In this document: positions 14,953 to 28,203 of the stretch, one piece after another
How the letters are laid out: each line of letters begins with the position of its first letter
Position numbering within the stretch: position 1 is the stretch's first letter
Assembly: GCA_951406725.2 (NCBI GenBank)
Contig: OX597823.1
Coordinates: 15,934,001-15,998,000, forward strand
Length of the DNA stretch: 64,000 nucleotides
Origin: Octopus vulgaris
Taxonomy: Eukaryota
Direction: 5' to 3'
Made by a program: the position numbers and the translations under genes
The notes under the pieces: model-generated
What the model was told of the DNA's origin: nothing
Seen by the model: only the letters and a program-made list of their open reading frames with translations
Database searches by the model: none

Positions 14953-15915
14953 ATAAATGTTTATATGTATGCACACGCGCCCACACACATACATGCACGC
15001 GCGCATATGCACGTTTTGCACATAAAATATATAACTGGAAATAAAAGTTGTGCGGAAAATGTATGCAAAAAGGAAGAAAACATGTGACAGAATAACACCA
15101 ACAACAACAATATTCTTAGTGATTACAACGTCTACTTTTCAGGAGTGGTGAGCGCCGAACTATATTAATCTATTCAAAGACGTTAGGGTGTAGCAGTTTT
15201 ACTGTTATTTATAGTAAATTGAATGACCACCAAGAGCAATGATTCCCAACGTGTGGCATACACTCTACTTGTAGGTCCTGGGAAAATTGTGGTAGAGCGT
15301 AGGATCTAAATGTTTTCCTTTATTGGTGATGGTGGGGGAGCATGGAATTGTGAAAATCTTTTTTCATAGCAAACGTACAACACCTATACTCAGCCTAGCC
15401 AAACCAATCCCTCCAGTGAAGCATATTGTGTGATGTCTGTTTGCTACAGTATAGAGCTATTCTAATGTTCTAGTGTGGATATTTCTTGAAGGAAAGTATA
15501 TAATTATGAAATATTGAAAATAAATTTGTTTTCCATCCACCGGTGGGGCAGACATTTTTCTGGAAAGTTATAGTGGGGACGGAGGGAAAATAGGTTGAGA
15601 AACACTGACCTAGGGGTTGTATCGTCTTGTTCTGTCTTAAAATGGTTCATACTGGGTAATATAGTTTGATGTTCACCATTATAGAAAATTAGACGTAATA
15701 ATAATGGTTAGCATTCGTTTGAATATGGGCTTACTTATTCAGAGCTGACCAGGGGATTAAACAGCAATAACAACAAAAACAACCACAACAACAACAACAA
15801 CAACAGAAGCAATAACAATTATTAAGAATAACGATATTGAAGTAATAAACAGTCAATTATAATGACATACATTAACAAATAATAGCAACAACAATAACAA
15901 AACTCTTATTGAGTA

Positions 15916-16121
15916 CTAATTTAGAGATTCATGTAACATTGTTAAGGCAACAGATATAATGATCATCATCCAATTTTTTATATTGAGTCTTCGATTTGTG
16001 GTCGCTCCGCTGTCATCAACAATGGTGGTTTCATTTTTCAGAGTTATACGACCTTCAATACCGTTGAACACCGGTGAATAGTGCTTCAAATAACGAATTA
16101 GCATTTCGCTCTGGTCCATAC
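15916..16121 (-). CDS. NT5E: 5'-nucleotidase terminal coding exon with GPI-anchor-type C-terminal signal
   Basis: Acceptor gttcttcag; encodes MDQSEMLIRYLKHYSPVFNGIEGRITLKNETTIVDDSGATTNRRLNIKNWMMIIISVALTMLHESLN then TAG. EGRI motif, small-residue cluster DSGA, then a hydrophobic tail. Confidence 0.9.
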
Positions 16122-16445
16122 CTGAAGAACAAATTGAATGAAATACAATTATATTTGACAACGAAGACTGATGCCATTAAAAGAATTTTATGTTTATTCA
16201 AAATAAACAGAGATTGGAGGATTGGCAGAAACTGTAAAGCGCCGGGCAAAATGACCTGCCATGTTTAGATAACTTCCTTTGCTATTCAGTCTTACGTGGA
16301 TTAAAAGAAAATAAAGTACCTCCTAATTACAGTGGGACGATCAAATACACTGTTTATCCAGCACTTATTCTCAAATTTGTAATTCTGTCTTTTATTACGA
16401 TGAAGATAAAGTTTGCTTTAGAGGCGTTGAGATACGGAAATAATT

Positions 16446-17034
16446 TATTCTCAAACGCAGGATAATGCTAATATATTTGCATGAACAGGATAGACTATCC
16501 ATATATTGCATAAAAATATTTGTCAGCGGCCAGCTATGAGCATAATAAAAGGGTCTCATGGCTGGCCGCTGACAAATTTTTATGCAATATATGGATACTT
16601 TATTCTGTTCGTGTTATTATATTAGCATTAGTGGAGGCGCACCAGTGGTTAGGGCAGCGGACTCGCGGTCATAGGATCGCGGTTTCGATTCCCAGACCGG
16701 GCGTTGTGAGTGTTTATTGAGCGAAAACACCTAAATCTCCACGATGCTCCGGCAGGGGATGGTGGTGATCCCTGCTGTACTCTTTCACCACAACTTTCTC
16801 TCACTCTTCCTGTTTCTGTTGTACCTGTATTTCAAAGGGCCGGCCTTGTCACTCTGTGTCACGCTGAATATCCCCGAGAACTACGTTAAGGGTACACGTG
16901 TCTGTGGAGTGCTCAGCCACTTACACGTTAATTTCACGAGCAGGCTGTTCCGTTGATTCGGATCAACCGGAACCCTCGTCGTCGTAACCGACGGAGTGCT
17001 TCCACACATTAGCATTATCCTGCGTTTGAGAATA
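16446..17034. repeat. Fold-back (MITE-like) palindrome interrupted by a SINE
   Basis: ATTCTCAAACGCAGGATAATGCTAAT pairs with ATTAGCATTATCCTGCGTTTGAGAAT; inner arms TTTGTCAGCGGCCAGC / GCTGGCCGCTGACAAA. Confidence 0.8.
16631..17007 (+). mobile_element. tRNA-derived SINE family A with 10-bp TSD
   Basis: TSD ATTAGCATTA at 16621-16630 and 17008-17017; near-identical to 17881-18268. Confidence 0.9.
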
Positions 17035-17216
17035 TACTATTTCTTTTCTTGATTGAAATTGACGAAACTGGTTACGAGCCGCATAAAATGCTCCAGTTAA
17101 AAATACACCAGCTTTACGTTCCAGATATCAAATCCAACCATGACCAGCTTTTCTTTTACTGTTACTGAAGGTCTATAAAATAAGTATAAATCAGTTGCTA
17201 CAATCTGTACACCCGC

Positions 17217-17257
<41 letters not shown>

Positions 17258-17494
17258 ATATGGCCTTGTGACATCTTTGATTATAAGATAAACACAAAAT
17301 TATTTTTAAATGTTGAAGAAGGCACAGTGGGATAAATCGAACCCAATTCTTGTGATTCAAATACTTATCGGATTTCTCTTTTAATTTGTCTATTCCGAAT
17401 CCCTCCGAGACCGGTAAGATCGACGACCAAAGTCAATGTTTGACTTGCATAGTTACGAGTCGACAGTTGCAGAAGAAACATAAGAAAAGAAGGA

Positions 17495-18497
17495 ATCCCA
17501 GAGATACGGTGTGTTGGAGAAGGAAAGGTTGGAAGTACTGGTTAGTACGGGACATGGGGATGGTAAAACTATGTATGACGACGGAAGGAACGAATGAGTC
17601 GATAGTACGTACCTGAGTAGAGTGAAACGAGACCAACCAATTCTGTGGAGTTGATGCTGCAGTAGTATTGGTATAAAACACGCCTGTGGGCCATAAGCTA
17701 AAGTAATGACATGCCAATCTGGGTGACCTTTTTTGTGGATGCTGTCTAGGATGACTAAAACTGGCGGCCTTGTGGATTCCTTCAGTCTCTTGTCTTTTGG
17801 GTCTGTGCCTCCTGCTAGATCGCACCATAGCAGTGTGTACTAAAGGAGCTGTCTCTGACACACATTCTATAAACTCTGTAAGGTGGAGGCGCAATGGCCC
17901 AGTGGTTAGGGCAGCGGACTCGCGGTCGTAGGATCGCGGTTTCGATTCCCAGACCGGGCGTTGTGAGTGTTTATTGAGCGAAAGCACCTAAAGCTCCACG
18001 AGGCTCCGGCAGGGGATGGTGGTGATCCCTGCTGTACTCTTTCACCACAACTTTCTCTCACTCTTACTTCCTGTTTCTGTTGTACCTGTATTTCAAAGGG
18101 CCGGCCTTGTCACACTCTGTGTCACGCTGAATATCCCCAAGAACTACGTTAAGGGTACACGTGTCTGTGGAGTGCTCAGCCACTTACACGTTAATTTCAC
18201 GAGCAGGCTGTTCCGTTGATTCGGATCAACCGGAACCCTCGTCGTCGTAACCGACGGAGTGCTTCCACAAACTCTGTACAGATACCTTGCCGTGTGGTTA
18301 AGCTTACGATCATAAGCCTATTTTGTATCTATAATACTACAGCATCAACTCCTCAGAATTAGTTGGTCTCGTTTTATTCCGCTTAGGTACTATTTACTCG
18401 TTCCTTCTGTCGTTATTTACATCGTTTTACCATCCCCGGGTCTCGTATTTAACCATTATTTTCAGTCCTTCCTTCTTCAAAACGCCGTATCTTTGGT
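17495..18497. repeat. Diverged fold-back element (about 200-bp arms) with a SINE near its centre
   Basis: 17495-17703 is a degenerate reverse complement of 18300-18497, e.g. AAACGAGACCAACCAATTCTG / CAGAATTAGTTGGTCTCGTTT. Confidence 0.7.
17881..18268 (+). mobile_element. Full-length tRNA-derived SINE family A with 10-bp TSD
   Basis: A and B boxes; TSD AAACTCTGTA at 17871-17880 and 18269-18278. Related partial copies at 22352-22612 and 23523-23690. Confidence 0.9.
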
Positions 18498-18625
18498 AAT
18501 GGGAGATATAGTGTCCGGGCCAGTGTCCTTGTTGATTTCAAGGTACCAGATTACTTCCATATGAGACATGTATATCTTATTGATGATAGTTTGGGATCAT
18601 ATTTATTTAGTGTGTGCAGTGAGGG

Positions 18626-19080
18626 GTTAGTTAGTTAGTTAATTTTTGGCTCAAAAGCAAATAGCAAGACCATGTAGGGAGACATGGAGTTAAGTACAGG
18701 GTGGTGTTCATGTAAAGAGTTCAGGCCACTTGAGGTCAAGGGAGACTTTGAACAAAGCGGTCGTCGGCATCTTCACCATCTCGTCTGGCAGCTTGTTCCA
18801 CGGATCTGCAACCCGGACGGAGAAAGCTCCTCTCCTTCGATTGAGATGAAATCGTCGCAGGTAGAGCTTTTCGGAATGACCCCGCAGCCGACGCTCTGGA
18901 GTTGGAAGACAAGAGAGTAGCAAATACAGGGAATTTATCCACGTGAGAAATGGGAGAGAGGAGAATCTGCAAGGTCGGGTAGAGAACCTTTTCACAAGCG
19001 ACAGAAAGGATTGGTTTTAGTTTGGGAGTAAGAAACTTACGGGCAGTACGATTCGCGGAAACGTCCTTTGCGTTCGAATT
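18626..19080 (-). mobile_element. CR1-like LINE 3' fragment with (TAAC)n tail
   Basis: RLRGHSEKL...RRGAFSVRVADPWNKLP...FKVSLD, a CR1-type C-terminus. Confidence 0.8.
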
Positions 19081-19179
19081 TGAACCCAGAGCGCATGGGC
19101 CGTAACTAAATACCACCCTCTTTTGTTCAATCATTTTATATTGATGTAAAGCATTCAAAACCTGTTAACACGTACTCAC

Positions 19180-19383
19180 CCGTTATAATTCGATGTTTAA
19201 TGTTGTTCTTTATCATTGAATAGCCGTCTCCTCCGTTAATTAAGAAATCGCTGAGGCCGATTTTATATATTTTCTCCAGATGCAGATTCTCGTAGGTTGG
19301 AACAAGGCATTTGGCACATCTAACTTTCACGCTGACAATACGCTGACCGTTAGGTTTGGCTAAATCATAGATTACTTTTATTC
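19180..19383 (-). CDS. NT5E: 5'-nucleotidase exon
   Basis: Acceptor ttttacag, donor gtgagt; 204 bp. Encodes IKVIYDLAKPNGQRIVSVKVRCAKCLVPTYENLHLEKIYKIGLSDFLINGGDGYSMIKNNIKHRIIT (CxxC and FLxNGGDG motifs). Confidence 0.93.
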
Positions 19384-19537
19384 CTGTAAAAACAATAAGA
19401 GCAAAAACAATAATGAAGTGAATTATTTTCCCCCCAATAGAAGTTAGGAATATGCTTAATAAATATAAATGAATGTGTCTTTGTAGCTATTTACTGCAGT
19501 TTTTTAATCAACTTAACCGCCGGCTCAATAAAATTAC

Positions 19538-19573
<36 letters not shown>

Positions 19574-19670
19574 CACCACCAGCACCAGCACCACCACCAC
19601 CACTACCACTACCACCACCACTACTAACACCACCACCACCACCACCACCACCACCACTATTACCGCCACC

Positions 19671-19736
<66 letters not shown>

Positions 19737-22700
19737 TCTATATTGATTTTGATACGTTGTACTCCAAGCAGCTATCTGTCTTCAAGCCAAATACAGCGCA
19801 GCAATGGTTGGGGCATATGAAGTATCTATTACTCTGACCATTATTCTATCATCTTATGAACACGACAAGTTACAAGAGGGTCCGTGTCGAAACCTCTGCG
19901 TAGTCCTGCAAGAAGTAGCAGCCAAAAATCTCCTTAAAGTAACTCTTTAACATTTTAAGCGGTTGATTGAGACCTGTTCTATCAATGACTGTTTTCCGAC
20001 ATTTTGGGGGATGACATCAGATACAAAAGCTAGAGAAACAAAGCAAACACCTCATGGCAATTGTTAAGTGGGAGAAGAAATTAAGAACAACTTCTGAAAG
20101 TTAATTCACATCGTTTAAGTAAAAAGTTCGATCTTTGTGTACAGGCTTTCAAACAACCCGGCCTGCCTAACTAGAATAAAGTACTATGTTTAGGGCACAG
20201 CTTACTGATTACCATTACAAAACATCTCCTCCAAGCGTCTCTCATCTTCCGCTTACTTCTCACATCCTTTGCCACCACGACTTCGCTATCTACAGATCTC
20301 CCCTGCTATAGGAATTGTCCTGTTAGGTAATATATTCGGAATTACATGATTCCTGTATTCAGTTCCACTACAAATGGGTTTTGCCCTTCAGACACACACA
20401 CAAACATACACTCTCCCTATCTCCTTCTCTTTCTCTAACTATCTTTCTCTAGACATGTTATTAATGCATGTAATAGTTGCTTCGTCTTTTACATACAGTC
20501 CTTCCGGTACCATCATCGTAGGAGCACACAGACATTCATCACTACGTGGATATCTTATTCGACTTATTCGTAGTTTCCTTTAACGCCGATGAACATAGGT
20601 TACGGTACAAAACAATTGGTTATTTTACCTGGTACCTACAGAGCAGGCGAGAAACACACACACACAACATTTACACACGAACACACATATATACCAACAC
20701 ACTGCACTTATGCACAAAGACACACAAATATACACACATCAAGTGCACGAATGGTTAAAGCTGGAATTAAGAATTTTGACGTTGTATCACGATAAAGCAC
20801 GAATCTCTTTAGCTTTGTTTATGAGAAGAGCAAGGTTAAAAAATTGGAATGCGAAAAAAAAAACCCATTTCCAAGTGTTGAAGGTCATTCAAACATGCAA
20901 CAAGATATCCCAACAGTCAGGTGTTAAGATAAAGTAACGGTATTGGAATGTTGCTGAAGATTCGTCGTGGTTTAATGCGTGGTTGTAATAATGTTGTTAT
21001 ATAATGCAGTAATGTTGGAGGCGTGTACTGCAATCTTGTCTGTATGTATCGTAATATTGGTGTTGTATTCTAGTGTTGGAAGTGAATTGTTAATGCTGTT
21101 GGTGGTGCATATGGTAGTGCCTGTGGTGTGTATTGTATGTTGGTAGTGTGCAGGTGTGTTATTTGGTGTCTGTTGTAGTGTTGGTAGTGTGCAGGTGTGT
21201 TATTTGGTGTCTGTTGTAGTGTTGGTGGTTTGTAGTAGTGTTGCGTATGACAGTGTCAGTGATGTGAAGTGTGTTGGTAGCGTGTGATGTTTGTGGTGTA
21301 AGATATTCAGATATTAGTGATAACAACGTCTTCAGTGAAATGTTTCTCTGACACAATAAACCATCGAGCCCACTGCCAGATTACAGAACTCCCAGGTGAA
21401 ATCATCTGACCTAGTATTGATGTTTAGTCTCAAGTCAGCCTCGACCAAGAAGACCTATGATCAAAAGATAATCCAGCTGTGACTATCCCATTAGTTTTGC
21501 ATCAGGAAAGGGATACATTGTCCAGAGTACTCTTCTCTATTTCAGATGGTGAGATGTGATTTGTCTGCTATTTCGAGAAGGTCGAGTAACCATATTCAGT
21601 CTACTTTGTTGGCTCATCAACACTGTTAGTTATACTCATAGGAGCTGTTGAACTCGGTATTACGAGTGATGTTCGACTCAGCACTGTAAGTCATACTCGG
21701 ACGAAACATTGAACATAAAACTGCACGTTACACTGAAAGGAGTATAAATTAATAGCGTAGGCTAACTAAACAAATAACATGTTTGCTGTGTTGCTGCAAC
21801 TTTCAGTGATAATTTATCCCAGCGTTGTGCATACCTGTTTATAACTTATGGTTGAAGTGGTCATTTTTTGCTCTTAGGTACAATTCAATGGCGGTGTAAA
21901 TGTACAAACCCTGATATTATAAACAGACAGCCATCTCTATGCAAAATCTTGCCCTCTTTTATCCTAATTGTTAAAAGCGTACGTCTACAAAACCTAACCA
22001 AGAAATATTTCATCTCCAAACAAACTCGCCAAAATATACTTTAACTAAAGGGATGCCCTGATATTGTTGCGTTCATGCCCTGATATTGTTGCGTTAAGGT
22101 ACAAAGGATTTAAGAAAAGAAGGAAAAAACTTCAGCTGAGATTCGAAACTCAGTCGCTGCTTCGACTCGCTATAAGGTGATCGATTACACTACTCGTACT
22201 TAGCTCAGATGAAGAAAATACAAATAGAGAAAGGGGTTATCTTTTACCTTCAGTCATTGGATTGCGCTCATACTGGGGTACCACCTCGAAGGGTCTAGTC
22301 AAATAAATCGACACCAGGACTTATCTTTTAAAGTCTGCTACTTATCCTATCGTGGAGGCACATGGCCTAGTGGTTAGAACAGCGGACTCGCGGTTGAGGG
22401 ATCGCGGGTTCGAATCTCAGACCGGGCGATGTGTGTAGTTATGAGCGAAATACCTAAGCTCCATGTGACTCTGGCTGAAGGTAATAGCGAACTTCTGCTG
22501 ACTCTTTCGCCACAACTTTCTCTCACTCTTTCCTCCTGCATGTTGCGGCTCACCTGCGACGGACCGGCGTCCCGTCCAGGTGGGGATCATATACACCAAG
22601 GAAACCAGGCGTCGCTCGAGAAGGAACAAACAACTTATTCTATCGGTCCCTTTTGCCTAACCGCTACGTTACGGGGACGTAAGCAAACCAACACGGGTTG

Positions 22701-22951
22701 CCAGGCTAAGGCATGACAAACACACAAACCTGCACACACGTATATAATTATGTATGTATGTATGTATATGTGACGGGCTTTCTTTCACACAGTTTCTATC
22801 AGCCAAATTCAAAACATTTGTCGGGCCGGAGTTATAGTAGAAGACACTTGCCTATGGCGTAACGTAATAAGTATGAATCCGAAATCACAAGGTTTCAAAG
22901 CGTGCATCTTAACAACTCAGCGAGACAACGCAAAGGACCACTCTATATTTA

Positions 22952-23183
22952 AGGCGGCGAGCTGGCAGAAACGTTAGCGCGCCGGGCGAAATGCTTAGCG
23001 GTATTTCGTCTGTCGTTGCGTTGTGAGTTCAAATTCCGCCGAGGTCGACTTTGCCTTCCATCCTTTCGGGGTCGATAAATTAAGTACCAGTTACCCACTG
23101 GGGTCGATGTAATCGACTTAATCCCTTTGTCTGTCCTTGTTTGTCCCCTCTATGTTTAGCCCCTTGTGGGTAGTAAAGAAATA
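22952..23183 (+). mobile_element. tRNA-derived SINE family B
   Basis: GGCGGCGAGCTGGCAGAA head, GAGTTCAAATTCC B box, CATCCTTTCGGGGTCGATAAA central domain. Other copies at 31565-32000, 32392-32920, 33015-33420, 36310-36515 (-) and 47343-47925 (+). Confidence 0.85.
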
Positions 23184-23975
23184 TATATTTTTAGGAAGAA
23201 AAAGCAAAACTGGGAGTTTCGGTATTCAAGCCTTTCCTCAGAAACCTATAAGAATGTAAGTGAGGTGAAGCGGTTCACCAGGGATTAAAACTGTGAAGAA
23301 GCTTCTACTAGATCATTCGATCTACTAGAACTAGTAAGTCAAATGTCCCTTAAGTTTTACTTCTAAAGTCTTGAAAGATTATGGTCTCACTAGATAATGT
23401 ACTCCTATCTATGTGATACTTGAGAAAAAATGAGGATAGCCAGGGAAAGTATATTTCTTTGACCATAGATCGGCTCAGATAAAGATGGACTGGGGTTATA
23501 GCAACAGCTGCAACAAAGGAAGAGCAATGGCCCAGTGGTTAGGGCAGCGGACTCGCGGTCGTAAGAACGCGGTTTTGATTCCCAGACCGGGCATTGTGAG
23601 TGTTTATTGAGCAAAAACACCTAAGATCTACGAGACTCCGGCGGTGGGGTGGGTGAACCCCGCTGTACTCTTTCACCACAACTTTCTCCAGCCGCAAAGC
23701 AGCGGAACCATGGTGTAACCCACTATGGTGTGGGGAACTTTCAGACCCTATTCTAGATTGCGAATCCTCTGTACCCCAGGATGGCTAAGCTCTCCACCCA
23801 TTAAAAGTCACCGTTTACGGAATGAGGATAACAACGTAGCTTTCGCGCCCGTGCAACCGCTAGTCTATCGCGTGTGGTGGGCGGATCTTCAAGTTGTCAC
23901 ACACATTCTTAGTAGCTTAGAGTAGGCTCGAATTAGAGATTATTCTTTGTGGCTAATGGCGTGAGTCCTGATTGG

Positions 23976-24098
23976 AAGAAGAAGAAGAAGAAGAAGAAGA
24001 GAAGAAGAAGAAGAAGAAGAAGAAGAAGAAGAAGAAGAAGAAGAAGAAGAAGAAGAAGAAGAAGAAGAAGAAGAAGAAGAAGAAGAAGAAGAAGAAGA
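23976..24098. repeat. (GAA)n microsatellite
   Basis: About 40 GAA units; another tract at 33205-33265. Confidence 0.95.
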
Positions 24099-26096
24099 GC
24101 AGCTACAGTTGTAACAATGGTAGCAACCGCAACAATGACAACAACAAGGCGGTGATATCGTTATGCTGTTAGGTCACCTGTTCTCACCTGGTCTTAGCCA
24201 AAGGCAGAGCCAAATGTTAACAGAGTAGAAACGAATGTTGATTCCTAAAATTAGCCCAATGTCACATTTTTATTGATGAGGGAGGATGCTGTCGGAAAAA
24301 AAGTTGACTTTGGTGCAACAATTTGAAGACATAGAGGGCCGTAACTAAGGACCGCAGATATTTTGTCTGATGCGCAAATGATTCTGCAAAGGAGAACGAA
24401 ATACAGATATTTCGAAATGAATATTAAAAGAAAACTGTAAACAATTACAATAGTTTCTCTTAATACTAAATTTCCACAACAACAAGGGAAGAAAATAAAC
24501 CAGCCAACGAGTTGTTGTTGTTGTGGTTGTTGTTGATGATGCTGTTATTGGTGATGCTGATGACGATGATGTTGTTGTTGGCGATGTTACTTGATGTTGC
24601 TGTTGAATAATGATAAGCCATCCAAGTGAACCATTTATACATTTTTGCAGAATGAGAACACTTTTGTTCAAGATTCACTAGATAAAGGCATGGCTGTGTG
24701 CTTAAGAAGTACGCCTCGTAACTCTGTGACTTAGAGTTCGGTTTCACAATGTGGTACCTTGGACAATTGTCTTGTACCGGGGCTTCGTGTTAACCAAATA
24801 TTTGTGAGTGAAATTTGGTAGACAGATGCTATGTGGAAACCTATCAGAAGAGCTTAATCCATCGCCTTGTTCAATATAACAACCTGAACGTTGAGTGATT
24901 CTAGCGGAAGCCATTTTATTGCAAGTATTAACACTTCAGTTTGAGGTAAGCTGTCTCCGTTCCTCTCACCAACTCCCCCCTCTTATCAACCCTCCCTTCC
25001 ACTGACTCCCTCACTCTAATTATCTCCTCCCTCCTCATCAACTCCTTCCCTCTCTCTCTCTCTCACCAGTCACGGAGACACTCGAAATGTCCTGAGTGGC
25101 AACATTTCTCCTCTGACAATGCAATAAGATATATCCTGTGTGATGGGAGGGGAATAATAAGTGCTTCTTGATAAGGAAATACAATATTCAGTCTTTATAA
25201 GATAATCTAAGAACAAGTTTTAATTATCAACATTTATAAAACGTTCTATGATATCCTATTCTCACATATCTTTGAATGTTATATTATATTCCAGCAAAGA
25301 TATGATTATTGTTTGTTGATTGTTTTTGTTGTTGTTGTTATTTTGTTTCTGTTTTATCGATGGTCAGAAATTGCTTGTATAAAGAAAAAAATTCAGTTCT
25401 CATGCGCAGCCCTATACGCAATTATGGTATCGGTTTGTGAATGCGAGCCTGAGATCATCCATCGTTCTCACTTCGTAGTTTTAAACTATTTCCGCTTTAA
25501 CGACCCACAAGTCCGCCATTCTTTTACTGGTCACATCGAAAGAAAAAAATGATTTCACAAATTTCTAGGAAGGAGTATAAATGAGTGAATCAATCGTAGA
25601 ACTTGATTGAGTCTCTATGTGGTCGACTCTCTTGCTAGAAACAGGACCAAACATCCTTCAAATTACTGTCTTAAAAAAGAAAGGACACTGTAGGATAATG
25701 CAGTCCAAAATGTTTCAAGTGAAAAGACGGAATGATCATATCTGGAATACCTTTGATCGTAGGTCTGAACAACCAGAACTGAATTAGAATTAACCAATAT
25801 CAGTTGGTATGTAATAGTTTCAGGTCTACTCAGTTTTCGCTTCTCCACTACCAATGTTTTCGAAGAAAGGATCATTAAAGACTAATACAATCATTTTCAT
25901 GGCGAAGTGAATCCCATAATCTTTAGGGTATCTTTTTATAGCTTATTCAAGGAAGGAAGAGCAGCGCCCATAACATTTTAAAAAGCATCTGAGATTGGTG
26001 GAGGAAGAGAGACTTATCTTCACATTGAATACCAGACCTGAATGCTTCCAACATAAAAGAGTCTACTAAAGGCACTTAATGGCTACGAAATGGTAT

Positions 26097-26324
26097 TAAC
26101 CCTTTTGTTACCGTATTTATTTTGAGATGCTCTGTGTTCCTTTGAATTAATTTTAAATATAACAAAGAATTTAGTAAAATAACATATTTATCATTAAGCT
26201 GGTGTTAGGAACATAAATTGTAACTAAGGTTTGGTGGAAGATTTTAATTCAAAACACGTGAAAACAAGACATTTCTACTACAGAGCCAGAGGCGGTTTCA
26301 GCCAGGTTGCTATCGAAAGAATTA
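26097..26324. mobile_element. piggyBac-like MITE
   Basis: TTAA-CCCTTTTGTTACC at the left end and a decayed GCTATCGAAAGAA-TTAA at the right end. Confidence 0.5.
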
Positions 26325-26613
26325 AACTAGAATAGGAACGACCTCCCTGGTGGGCTTCCACACAGTTTTTGTCAGACTAATTACCCCAAATTAAAAAAAA
26401 AAAAATTGTGTCAGCATAAACCGGATCCTGGTTAGTTAAATATACATTCTTTCTTCTATTACAAAACCTCTTTTAGCCGCAACACACAAAAATGTATACA
26501 CTGAAACCTTTTTCTATACAAAAGACTTGAAGCAGCATATCCTTTTTTCCTTCTCTCCTTTTCATATGTGTTATATATATATATTTTTTTCTCTCCTTCC
26601 TTCTGTGTTTTTT

Positions 26614-26692
<79 letters not shown>

Positions 26693-27407
26693 AAACTCAC
26701 CATATTATTACGTATGCCAATATATATTCAATTAAACTATTATACGAAAATATTTTTTCTGCGAAAACACATTTTTACATTTTTATTTTCAAACAAATAA
26801 ATTCACAGAATAAAACTATTTCCCCCTTATGTTAAAAAGTTAAATTTGTTTTAACTACATAAAAGATATATATGTGCGTGTGTGTGTAAAAATTTGACGC
26901 ATTTCCAACTTTTCTCAGTATTTTCCTACGCACACATGAATGTGTATATGTATATATAAGAATATAAATATATTCATACATATATATGCATATGAAAGCA
27001 ATTAAGATTCAAGTGAGTTCTATTGAATTCACATGAATGCGGAACTTGAACTTAGATGCACCAGAAATGGCTATATGGTATTAACCATAAAATAATGTAT
27101 TATATAAGAATATAAATATATTCATACATATATATGCATATACATATATATGCATGCACACACACACATTTATTAGAGCATAGTGTTACTTTGACACAGT
27201 ACCCGAGATTTAGCCGGATACCATTTCTTGCTCAAAGCGTCAACTGCTTTGTTTCCTTGCATTCCACAGACATTCTTTATTCGGTTGACTGGCGCTGAAT
27301 TCCATTATATCCCTCAGACGCTTTTCATTCATTTATATTGACGTTAAGTCTCTTAAGAGAAAGGACATGGTACTGATTGTATCACAACAATAGCAACAGG
27401 AGCAACT

Positions 27408-27464
<57 letters not shown>

Positions 27465-27930
27465 TAGAATCTAATTACGACGTGCCCGTCGTCAACGTGT
27501 TATGCAAAACAACTTAACAGGTTGATGGGATACTGACGGGAGCGGCTGACCAACGAATGACCCCCCTACCCCAAACATATGGAGTCTAGGTGTGTGGTCG
27601 CACAGTTTACTGGAGCTAGTAGAAAAATGTCCTCTCACAATGGTTAATGTATATTTGCACCCACTGTAGCTGCAAAAAGGATGGGATGGTTGCATTTGGG
27701 ATGCTGTTGATCAACAGTGACCGGTGGTTAAACAACAACAACGTCAATAGTAACAGCAACACAGCAGTCTAACAAAGAATTTAGTAAAATAACTTATTTA
27801 TCATTAAGCTGGTGTTAGGAACATAAATTGTGACTAAAGTTTGGTGGAAGATTTTAATTCAAAACTCATGAAAACAAGACATTTGTACTACAGACCCAGA
27901 GGCGGTTTCAGCCAGGTTGCTATCGAAAGA

Positions 27931-28203
27931 TCAATAATAAATCTCTGAACGTGGTATAAACAGTAGCTGTACGACAACGTGAAGTATATTTGCCACTTAA
28001 ATGTAGCTAACCCTTAAGGGTGGATGCTACTGTAGCTTGTAGCACCAGGCGAACATCTTCTCCAGCTGGCTATTGACACACTATTGACAGGGCACAGATA
28101 GTGTGTCAATAGCCAGCTAGAGAAGATTTTCTCCTGGGGCTACAAGCTACAGTAGCATCCACCCTTAGTGGTTCGCCATATTTAAGTGACAAATATACTT
28201 CAC
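27931..28203. mobile_element. Tail-plus-hairpin insertion with 12-bp TSD inside a local duplication
   Basis: Arms 27979-28084 and 28098-28204; flanked by GCTATCGAAAGA / GCTATAGAAAGA. The empty site is visible at about 26309-26320. Confidence 0.75.

Noticed and set aside
15319-15324. AATAAA (minus strand) as the NT5E poly(A) signal
   Set aside because: Plausible, about 590 bp after the stop, but not distinguishable from chance in AT-rich DNA without transcript data.
17885-17960. tRNA gene candidates at SINE heads
   Set aside because: The A and B boxes continue into SINE bodies with TSDs; these are not free tRNA genes.
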